Source: Candidatus Saccharimonadota bacterium (GTDB lineage Bacteria > Pseudomonadota > Gammaproteobacteria > Enterobacterales > Enterobacteriaceae). Taken from it: a DNA stretch of 6,088 nucleotides. The DNA lies in assembly GCF_012571345.1 (NCBI RefSeq), contig NZ_CP046218.1:331426-337513 (forward strand), read 5' to 3'. Shown in pieces: positions 1-6,088 of this stretch. The position numbers and the translations under genes are program-made. Within the stretch, counting starts at the first letter, position 1. Each line of letters opens with the position of its first letter. The notes under the pieces are model-generated. The model saw nothing but the letters and a program-made list of their open reading frames with translations, was not told where the DNA came from and ran no database searches.

Positions 1-572
1 TTTTTTAATAATGTTTGTATAGCTTCTGCACCCATTTGTGCATTAAATTCGTCACCAAATTCTTCTATAACTTCTAAATATTGTTCTTCTGATAAAATCT
101 GGTTGTTTTTTAATGATGTTATTCCTATATCAATAACAACATATGCTTCGAAGTATAAAACTCTTTCAATATCTTTTAATGGTATATTTAATAATAAACC
201 GATGCGTGATGGTAATGATTTTAAAAACCAAATATGTGCAATAGGTGCAGCTAATTCAATATGCCCCATTCTATCTCTTCTTACTTTAGTTTGTGTAACT
301 TCTACACCACATTTTTCACAAACTACACCTCTATGTTTTAAACGTTTGTATTTACCACATAAACATTCATAATCTTTTATAGGGCCAAAAATACGAGCAC
401 AAAATAAACCATCGCGTTCTGGTTTAAATGTGCGATAATTTATTGTTTCTGGTTTTTTTACTTCTCCAAAAGACCAAGACCTCATCATATCTGCAGAAGC
501 TAAAGTAATTTTTATTGTGTTAAAATCGTTTATTTTATTTTGTGATTGTAAATATTTAAATTGATCGTTCAC
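1..572 (-). CDS. rpoC: DNA-directed RNA polymerase subunit beta-prime, N-terminal 190 codons only (the gene continues past the left edge)
   Basis: I reverse-complemented and translated 572..3 by hand. The frame is open throughout: [190 protein letters not shown]. It is colinear with the E. coli RpoC N-terminus, including the CxC...CxxC zinc motif. The start is GTG at 572..570 (E. coli rpoC also uses GTG, as I recall). An in-frame TGA lies at 587..585 and GAGG sits 10 nt upstream. The gene is absent from the supplied ORF track, presumably because no stop codon falls inside the window. Confidence 0.95.
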   Translation of the reverse strand, partial: MNDQFKYLQSQNKINDFNTIKITLASADMMRSWSFGEVKKPETINYRTFKPERDGLFCARIFGPIKDYECLCGKYKRLKHRGVVCEKCGVEVTQTKVRRDRMGHIELAAPIAHIWFLKSLPSRIGLLLNIPLKDIERVLYFEAYVVIDIGITSLKNNQILSEEQYLEVIEEFGDEFNAQMGAEAIQTLLK

Positions 573-582
573 AAATATATAA

Positions 583-586
583 CCTC
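583..586 (-). promoter_or_regulatory. rpoC: Shine-Dalgarno site of rpoC (GAGG)
   Basis: The minus strand reads ATTTGAGGTTATATATTT-GTG, placing GAGG 10 nt upstream of the GTG start. Confidence 0.55.
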
Positions 587-622
587 AAATATGTATATAA
601 AATAATAATTAATGACTCTATA

Positions 623-3600
623 TTATTTATATTTATTTTTCTTTTCTAAATCTATATTCATTCCTAATGAACGTATTTCCTTTAATAAAACATTAAAAGA
701 TTCCGGTATGCCTGGCTCCATCTGATGATTCCCATCGACAATATTTTTATACATTTTTGTACGACCATTCACATCATCTGATTTAATCGTTAACATTTCT
801 TGTAACGTATATGCTGCGCCATATGCTTCTAAAGCCCATACCTCCATTTCACCAAATCGTTGTCCGCCAAATTGAGCTTTACCACCTAACGGTTGTTGTG
901 TAACCAAACTATACGATCCAGTAGATCTGGCATGCATTTTATCATCTACTAAATGATTTAATTTCAACATATACATATAACCAACTGTAACCGGTCTTTC
1001 AAAAAGTTCTCCTGTACGTCCATCATATAAATTAATTTGTCCTGATGTAGGCAACTTAGCTAATTGTAATAATAATTTTATTTCTTTTTCTGTTGCACCA
1101 TCAAATACTGGTGTTGCTATAGGTAAACCATCTTTTAAATTATGTGCTAAAGATAATAATTCTTGTTCAGTTAGTTGTTGTAAATCTACTTTTTGACGTA
1201 TATTACAACCTATATTATATACTTTTTGCATGAAATCTCTCAAATCATGCATGTTTTGTTCTTTTTGTAATAAAAGATTAATTTGTTGTCCAATTCCTTT
1301 AGCAGCCATACCTAAATGTGTTTCTAATATTTGTCCTATATTCATTCTTGAAGGAACTCCTAATGGATTAAGAACAATATCGACAGGTACTCCATATTCA
1401 TCGTAAGGCATATCTTCTACAGGACAAATTTTAGAAATAACACCTTTATTACCATGGCGGCCAGCCATTTTATCTCCTGGTTGTACTTGTCTTTTGATTG
1501 CTAAATTAACTTTTACAATTTTTAATATTCCGGGCGCTAAATCATTTCTACGAATAATTTTTTTTTTTTGTTTTTCTAATTTTTTGTTAAAAACATGTTT
1601 TAATTTTTCATATTTTTTAATTAAATCAATAACTATTTTACGTTCATTTTTTTGTTTAGTTGGTAATAATGTGTACCACTTACTATAATGTTTACTATAT
1701 AGATCTTGCTCAAGACATTTATGCTTCAACAAATATTGTTTTAAATATGTTAGAATATAATGCTTAAAAATTTTTTGTTCTTTAGACAAATTTTTTTGAA
1801 GTTGTTTTAGTTCCATTTCTTCTATTTCTATGGTTCGTTGATCTTTTTTAACTCCTTCACGAGTGAAAATTTTTACATCAATAACTACACCAGAAATACC
1901 ATTAGGTACACGTAAAGATGTATCTTTTACATCAGAAGCTTTTTCACCAAAAATTGCTCGTAATAATTTTTCTTCTGGTGATAATTGTGTTTCTCCTTTA
2001 GGAGTTACTTTACCAACTAAAATATCACCACTTTTAACTTCTGCCCCAATATATACCATACCTGATGAATCTAGTTTAGATAAAGAAGATTCACTAACAT
2101 TAGGTATGTCTGCTGTAATTTCTTCTTGTCCTAATTTCGTATCACGAGATATACAAGATAATTCTTGTATATGTATTGTAGTAAATTTATCTTGATGTAC
2201 TATATGTTCAGATAATAAAATTGAATCTTCAAAATTATATCCATTCCATGGCATAAAAGCTACACGCATATTTTGGCCTAAAGCTAATTCTCCTAAATCA
2301 GTTGCTGGACCATCTGCTAATACATCGCCTTTATTAACATTATCATTTAAATATACGCAAGGCGTTTGATTAATACATGTATTTTGATTAGATCGTTTGT
2401 ATTTGATTAAATGATATATATCCATATTATGAGAAAACATATCTACATTATTATTTGTTTGTATAATCATACATGATGCATCTATATATTTTACAATACC
2501 AGTATTTTTTGCAATAATAGTTACTCCTGAATCTGCAGCAACAACTCTTTCCATACCTGTACCAACTAAAGGTTTTTCAGTTTTTAATATTGGTACCGCT
2601 TGTCGTTGCATATTTGCGCCCATTAAAGCTCTATTAGCATCATCATGTTCCAAAAACGGTATTAAAGATGCTCCTACAGATACAATTTGTTGTGCCGAAA
2701 CATCCATATAATGTATTTGTTTTTTATCAAATAAATGAAATTCACCTTGATGCCGACACGTGATATAATCTTCTATAATAAAATTGTTATGGTCTAAGTT
2801 TATATGTGCTTGCGCAATAATAAAATTACCCTCTTCAATAGAGGATAAGTAATGTATTGTATTATTTACTTGACCATTATTTACACAACGATACGGAGTA
2901 ACCAAAAAGCCATACTGATTAGTTGTCGCATAAAGAGATAAAGAATTAATTAAACCAATATTCGGTCCTTCAGGTGTTTCAATCGGGCATACTCTACCAT
3001 AATGTGTTGGATGCACATCACGTACTTCAAAACCTGCCCTTTCGCGTGTTAAACCACCAGGACCTAATGCTGATATGCGACGTTTGTGTGTTATTTCTGC
3101 TAATGGATTATTTTGATCCATAAATTGCGATAATTGACTAGAACAAAAAAATTCTTTTATAGCAGCTGAAATAGGTTTTGCATTAATTATATCTTGTGGT
3201 GTAAACATATCTGTTTCACTTAATGATAATTTTTCTTTTACAGCACGTTCCACACGTATTAAACCAATACGAAATTGGTTTTCAATCATTTCACCAATAG
3301 AACGAACTCGACGATTACCTAAATGATCTATGTCATCAATATTTCCTTTACCATTTCTAATATCAATTAATTTTTTAATCACGTCTATGATATCATCATG
3401 ATTTAATAAACCAGATCCTGTTGCATGACTACGCTTTAAAGAATAATTAAATTTCATACGTCCTACTGCAGATAAATCATAACGTTCTTCTGTAAAGAAT
3501 AAGCGTTTAAATAATAATTCTGCTGCTTCTTTAGTTGGTGGTTCTCCTGGTCTTATCATCCTATAAATTTCTAATAAAGCTTCTGTACGATCTAATGTTG

Positions 3601-4663
3601 TATCTATTCTTAAAGTATTAGAAATATATGGCCCTTGATCTAAATCGTTAGTAAAAATAGTCTCAATACTATTAAAATTATTGTTAATTATATTATTAAT
3701 ATTATCAATAGATAAAAAAGAATTAGCAGAGATAATAACTTCGCCAGTATTTGGATTAATATAATCTTTAGCAACAATTTTGCCTACAAGATATTCTTTA
3801 GTAACATGTATATAACGAATATTATCTTTTTTTAGTTTATTAATATGTTTTAATGTAATTCTTTTACCTTTTTGAATATAATGAATACCATTAATATGAA
3901 TATCAAATAGAGCAGTTTCACCATGTAATCTATGAGGGAATAACATCATAGTTATTACATGATTATTGATCTTATAAATATTTTTTTGAAAAAAAAGATC
4001 TAATATTTTTTCTTGATCATAATGTAATGCTTTTAAAATGACAGTAACAGGAAGTTTTCTTCTTCGATCTATACGCATAAAAAGATTATCTTTTAAATCA
4101 AATTCAAAATCTAACCATGAACCACGATAAGGTATAATACGTGCATTATATAATATTTTCCCTGAAGAATGTGTTTTACCTTTATCACTATCAAAAAAAA
4201 CTCCAGGACTTCTATGTAATTGTGAAACAACAACCCTTTCAATGCCATTAATAATAAATGTACCGTTAGTTGTCATTAATGGTATTTCACCCATATAAAC
4301 TTCTTGTTCTTTTATATTGTTAATATTATTTTTATTTTCTTTATCATAAATAATTAATTTTAACTTTACACGCAAAGATGCGGAATATGTCATACCTCTT
4401 ATATGGCATTCTTGAACATTATAAACAGGTTTGCTTAAACGAAAATCAATATATTCTAATATACAATAACCGTTATAACTACATATAGGGAAAATAGTTT
4501 TAAAGGCAGATTCTAAACCACATTCTTCTCCTTTATTGCTTTTTTGTATGAATTTTTTAAATGAATCTAATTGAATAGAAAGTAAATATGGGATATCTAA
4601 AATATGAGGTCTTTTCCCAAAATCTTTGCGAATACGTTTTTTTTCAGTTTGAGAATAAACCAT
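623..4663 (-). CDS. rpoB: DNA-directed RNA polymerase subunit beta, complete, 1346 aa from the ATG at 4663 (the ORF track extends it to a TTG at 4675)
   Basis: The ORF-track protein aligns end to end with E. coli RpoB as recalled: [18 protein letters not shown], the rifampicin cluster [54 protein letters not shown] and [55 protein letters not shown]. coli RpoB begins MVYS, which here is the ATG at 4663..4661, preceded by GAGGA. The stop is TAA at 625..623. Confidence 0.97.
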   Translation of the reverse strand: MVYSQTEKKRIRKDFGKRPHILDIPYLLSIQLDSFKKFIQKSNKGEECGLESAFKTIFPICSYNGYCILEYIDFRLSKPVYNVQECHIRGMTYSASLRVKLKLIIYDKENKNNINNIKEQEVYMGEIPLMTTNGTFIINGIERVVVSQLHRSPGVFFDSDKGKTHSSGKILYNARIIPYRGSWLDFEFDLKDNLFMRIDRRRKLPVTVILKALHYDQEKILDLFFQKNIYKINNHVITMMLFPHRLHGETALFDIHINGIHYIQKGKRITLKHINKLKKDNIRYIHVTKEYLVGKIVAKDYINPNTGEVIISANSFLSIDNINNIINNNFNSIETIFTNDLDQGPYISNTLRIDTTLDRTEALLEIYRMIRPGEPPTKEAAELLFKRLFFTEERYDLSAVGRMKFNYSLKRSHATGSGLLNHDDIIDVIKKLIDIRNGKGNIDDIDHLGNRRVRSIGEMIENQFRIGLIRVERAVKEKLSLSETDMFTPQDIINAKPISAAIKEFFCSSQLSQFMDQNNPLAEITHKRRISALGPGGLTRERAGFEVRDVHPTHYGRVCPIETPEGPNIGLINSLSLYATTNQYGFLVTPYRCVNNGQVNNTIHYLSSIEEGNFIIAQAHINLDHNNFIIEDYITCRHQGEFHLFDKKQIHYMDVSAQQIVSVGASLIPFLEHDDANRALMGANMQRQAVPILKTEKPLVGTGMERVVAADSGVTIIAKNTGIVKYIDASCMIIQTNNNVDMFSHNMDIYHLIKYKRSNQNTCINQTPCVYLNDNVNKGDVLADGPATDLGELALGQNMRVAFMPWNGYNFEDSILLSEHIVHQDKFTTIHIQELSCISRDTKLGQEEITADIPNVSESSLSKLDSSGMVYIGAEVKSGDILVGKVTPKGETQLSPEEKLLRAIFGEKASDVKDTSLRVPNGISGVVIDVKIFTREGVKKDQRTIEIEEMELKQLQKNLSKEQKIFKHYILTYLKQYLLKHKCLEQDLYSKHYSKWYTLLPTKQKNERKIVIDLIKKYEKLKHVFNKKLEKQKKKIIRRNDLAPGILKIVKVNLAIKRQVQPGDKMAGRHGNKGVISKICPVEDMPYDEYGVPVDIVLNPLGVPSRMNIGQILETHLGMAAKGIGQQINLLLQKEQNMHDLRDFMQKVYNIGCNIRQKVDLQQLTEQELLSLAHNLKDGLPIATPVFDGATEKEIKLLLQLAKLPTSGQINLYDGRTGELFERPVTVGYMYMLKLNHLVDDKMHARSTGSYSLVTQQPLGGKAQFGGQRFGEMEVWALEAYGAAYTLQEMLTIKSDDVNGRTKMYKNIVDGNHQMEPGIPESFNVLLKEIRSLGMNIDLEKKNKYK
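1558..1569 (-). repeat. rpoB: 12-nt homopolymer (T12 on the plus strand, A12 in rpoB mRNA)
   Basis: Counted directly: positions 1558-1569 are all T, flanked by a (1557) and g (1570). In the rpoB frame the tract reads CAA AAA AAA AAA ATT (Q-K-K-K-I). It is the longest homopolymer I found in the window. Confidence 0.95.
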
Positions 4664-4668
4664 ATGGT

Positions 4669-4673
4669 TCCTC
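4669..4673 (-). promoter_or_regulatory. rpoB: Shine-Dalgarno site of rpoB (GAGGA)
   Basis: The minus strand reads AAATTGAGGAACCAT-ATGGTTTATTCT. GAGGA lies 5 nt upstream of the ATG that begins MVYS. It overlaps the TTG used as the start in the ORF track. Confidence 0.7.
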
Positions 4674-4734
4674 AATTTATATATAATAAAATGAATAATT
4701 TATTTGATATATGTATAAAATTAAATATATTAAT

Positions 4735-5106
4735 TTATTTAATTTCTATTTCTGCACCAGCATTTTTTAATATTGTTTCTAGTTCTGTGACTTCTGTTTT
4801 ACTAATAGCTTCTTTTAATATAACAGGAGCAGATTCTACTAAATCTTTTGCTTCTTTTAAACCTAAATTCATAATACTTCTTACTGCTTTAATTACAGAA
4901 ATTTTATTCTTGCCTATATTAGTAAGATAAATATTAAATTCTGTTTTTTCTTCTACAACTTTTTCTTTAGTACTACTATTAGTAGTATTTAAATAATTAG
5001 CTGTGGATACATCAAATTTTTTTTCCATTAACTTAACTAATTCCATAATATCCATTACAGACATTGATTCAATTTCTTGTATTATTTGTTCTTTGGTAAT
5101 TGACAT
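4735..5106 (-). CDS. rplL: 50S ribosomal protein L7/L12, 123 aa
   Basis: The ORF-track protein MSITKEQII...[10 protein letters not shown]...EEKTEFNI...[36 protein letters not shown]...AGAEIEIK is colinear with E. coli L7/L12 (MSITKDQII...[27 protein letters not shown]...AGAEVEVK). It occupies the conserved position between rplJ and rpoB. AGGA lies 9 nt upstream of the ATG, and the stop is TAA. Confidence 0.95.
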   Translation of the reverse strand: [123 protein letters not shown]

Positions 5107-5115
5107 AATAATGAT

Positions 5116-5119
5116 TCCT
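5116..5119 (-). promoter_or_regulatory. rplL: Shine-Dalgarno site of rplL (AGGA)
   Basis: The minus strand reads TTAGGAATCATTATT-ATG, placing AGGA 9 nt upstream of the start. Confidence 0.6.
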
Positions 5120-5158
5120 AATATAGGATAAAATTTTTATGTAAATGTATTAATAAAT

Positions 5159-5641
5159 TTATTTTTTATTTTTAATCATTATTAATACATACACTAGACG
5201 TTCGATAGTAATAAATTTAATAGTTTTTAATAAAAAACATATTGCTTCTGAATATGTTGGTAAATTAGCTAAAATATCAATATTATCATATAATTTGTTA
5301 TTAAAAACAGCAGCTTTAATTTTAAAATTATTATATTTATTTGAGAAATCTTTAAATAACCGTGCAGCTGTACCAGGATGTTTAAAAGAATAACCAACTA
5401 ATATAGATCCACATATCTTATTTTCTAAAGATTTAAAAGCACTATTTTGTATAATAAGTTTTAATAAACTATTTTTGATAACATGAATTATTACATTATT
5501 TTCTCGACATTTTTTTCGTAAAATTGTCAAATTATTAACATTAACGCTAGTAAAATTAACTATAACTATAGATATAGCACTTTTATTAATTTTTTGAAAT
5601 TTTGCAACAATCGTTTTTTTTTGAGTAATATTTAATGACAT
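5159..5641 (-). CDS. rplJ: 50S ribosomal protein L10, 160 aa
   Basis: The protein MSLNITQKKTIVA...HPGTAARLFKDF...KIKAAVF...LANLPTYSEAI aligns with E. coli L10 (MALNLQDKQAIVA...HPGAAARLFKEF...EVKAAAF...LATLPTYEEAI). It is strongly diverged elsewhere, but its length and synteny (rplA-rplJ-rplL) fit. AGGAG lies upstream, and the stop is TAA. Confidence 0.9.
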   Translation of the reverse strand: MSLNITQKKTIVAKFQKINKSAISIVIVNFTSVNVNNLTILRKKCRENNVIIHVIKNSLLKLIIQNSAFKSLENKICGSILVGYSFKHPGTAARLFKDFSNKYNNFKIKAAVFNNKLYDNIDILANLPTYSEAICFLLKTIKFITIERLVYVLIMIKNKK

Positions 5642-5653
5642 TAGATTATTGCG

Positions 5654-5658
5654 CTCCT
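5654..5658 (-). promoter_or_regulatory. rplJ: Shine-Dalgarno site of rplJ (AGGAG)
   Basis: The minus strand reads CTAGGAGCGCAATAATCTA-ATG. AGGAG is 12 nt from the ATG, a long spacing. It sits in the only G+C-rich island (GGAGCGC) of the 132-nt spacer. Confidence 0.6.
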
Positions 5659-5734
5659 AGATGTATGGTATATATTTATTATTTATAAAATTTAATAGTA
5701 TATCAATGTGATTAAATTTTTATGAAAAATGTTC

Positions 5735-5762
5735 ATTATAACAAAAAATAAACATTCGTAAA
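5735..5762 (-). promoter_or_regulatory. Candidate sigma-70 promoter for rplJ-rplL-rpoB-rpoC (positional equivalent of E. coli PL10)
   Basis: The minus strand reads TTTACG (5762..5757), a 16-nt spacer ending in TGT, then TATAAT (5740..5735). That gives a perfect -10 with an extended -10 TGn and a 4/6 match to the -35 consensus. It lies in the rplA-rplJ spacer, where E. coli has its second operon promoter. Caveat: TATAAT-like hexamers are common by chance in DNA this AT-rich. Confidence 0.35.
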
Positions 5763-5773
5763 GTATAAAAACA

Positions 5774-6088
5774 CTAATAATTATTTATACAATCTGTTGT
5801 AATATCAATAGCAATGCCCATGGTAGTAGATAAATATATTTTATGGATAAAATTACCTTTTATATTATTAGGTTTATTTTTTTTTATTGTTTTTAAAAAA
5901 CATAATATATTTTGTTTAATAAAATTATTATCAAAATTTATTTTACCTATACTAACATGTATTATGCCATTTTTATCATTACGAAAATTTACTTGTCCTT
6001 TCTTAATTTTAATAATAGTATCGTATATGTTGTTAGTAATCGTACCTAATTTAGGATTCGGCATAAGGCCTTTAGGACCTAATATTGT
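5774..6088 (-). CDS. rplA: 50S ribosomal protein L1, C-terminal ~104 codons (the gene continues past the right edge)
   Basis: The ORF-track entry starts at an internal Met (6064). Hand translation upstream to 6088 stays open in the same frame: [20 protein letters not shown]...[19 protein letters not shown]...YLSTTMG. This matches E. coli L1 (...VLGPRGLMPNPKVGTVTPN...[19 protein letters not shown]...SISTTMG). The stop is TAG at 5776..5774. Confidence 0.93.
   Translation of the reverse strand, partial: TILGPKGLMPNPKLGTITNNIYDTIIKIKKGQVNFRNDKNGIIHVSIGKINFDNNFIKQNILCFLKTIKKNKPNNIKGNFIHKIYLSTTMGIAIDITTDCINNY

Noticed and set aside
103-372. Plus-strand ORF of 89 aa.
   Set aside because: It lies entirely antisense to the highly conserved rpoC N-terminus. 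The peptide is low-complexity with no recognisable motif and I saw no RBS. It is a typical shadow ORF.
589-602. Motif TTTTATA(TA)CATAT (minus strand) shared between the rpoB-rpoC spacer (589..602) and the rplL-rpoB spacer (4709..4720).
   Set aside because: The motif is short and A/T-only, with an internal indel, and it sits at different distances from the two start codons. It is most likely a chance similarity in low-complexity sequence.
1494-1688. Plus-strand ORF of 64 aa ([14 protein letters not shown]...).
   Set aside because: It is antisense to rpoB. Its Phe/Ile/Leu-rich peptide comes from reading the complement of Lys/Asn/Glu codons. Its start is TTG (1494..1496), with no ATG until 1596, and no supporting signals.
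1863-2195. Plus-strand ORF of 110 aa.
   Set aside because: It is antisense to a conserved core block of rpoB (..[16 protein letters not shown]..), starts at GTG rather than ATG, and has no independent evidence. It is a shadow ORF.
3981-3996. T7-G-A8 quasi-palindrome (tttttttgaaaaaaaa).
   Set aside because: It lies inside rpoB coding sequence, reads in frame as ..LFFQKN.. (conserved DLFF motif), and is followed by no terminator context.
4604-4930. Plus-strand ORF of 108 aa spanning the rpoB start, the spacer and the rplL 3' end.
   Set aside because: It runs antisense across two real genes and their spacer. The hydrophobic low-complexity peptide is what AT-rich antisense sequence is expected to give, and there is no SD.
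5716-5730. Hairpin ATTTTT-CAT-AAAAAT in the rplJ upstream region.
   Set aside because: It has six A:U pairs with a 3-nt loop, so its stability is negligible. It straddles the predicted transcription start, and such palindromes are frequent in AT-rich DNA.
5692-5736. A 14-codon minus-strand mini-ORF (MNIFHKNLITLIYY*) in the rplJ leader that could be a regulatory leader peptide.
   Set aside because: Its ATG overlaps the candidate -10 hexamer (TATA-ATG), so it would lie upstream of the predicted transcription start. It has no SD, and an open frame this short is expected by chance.
1-6088. The possibility that the window hides a novel system (defence, toxin-antitoxin, mobile element, CRISPR or orphan genes).
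   Set aside because: About 95% of the window is accounted for by five universally conserved, syntenic housekeeping genes on one strand. The four spacers total about 305 nt. They contain start signals only, with no repeats, no integrase or transposase fragments, and no unexplained ORFs.
623-6088. Alternative genetic code (TGA read as Trp), as in some tiny symbiont genomes.
   Set aside because: All five genes translate without in-frame TGA, the conserved Trp positions are TGG, and the genes end in TAA or TAG at the expected positions.

Overview
This is an ordinary core-genome window, and I found no undescribed system in it. It holds the distal part of the conserved rplKAJL-rpoBC ribosomal-protein / RNA-polymerase cluster, entirely on the minus strand. 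In transcription order (right to left) the genes are rplA (3' part, runs off the right edge), rplJ, rplL, rpoB (complete) and rpoC (first 190 codons, runs off the left edge). The DNA is very AT-rich by eye (not computed), and the proteins are Lys/Asn/Ile-enriched yet colinear with the E. coli orthologues as I recall those sequences. RpoB keeps the gammaproteobacterial lineage-specific insertions. The spacers are only 50, 71, 52 and 132 nt. Together this points to a reduced-genome, Enterobacterales-derived insect endosymbiont (Buchnera / Blochmannia / Wigglesworthia-like), but I cannot name the organism from sequence alone. The standard genetic code applies: Trp is TGG, stops are TAA/TAG, and there is no in-frame TGA. 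I see no tRNA, rRNA, CRISPR array, mobile element, defence or accessory gene. All four plus-strand ORFs in the supplied track are antisense shadows of the real genes. Modest points worth a second look:
- a 12-nt poly(A) tract inside essential rpoB
- the rpoB start in the ORF track, a TTG over-extension that swallows the Shine-Dalgarno site
- apparent loss of the rplL-rpoB attenuator and of most of the rplJ (L10) autoregulatory leader
- a candidate extended -10 promoter upstream of rplJ
- two substitutions in rifampicin cluster I of RpoB
- AT-bias-driven recoding of the RpoB insertions and the L10/L12 stalk
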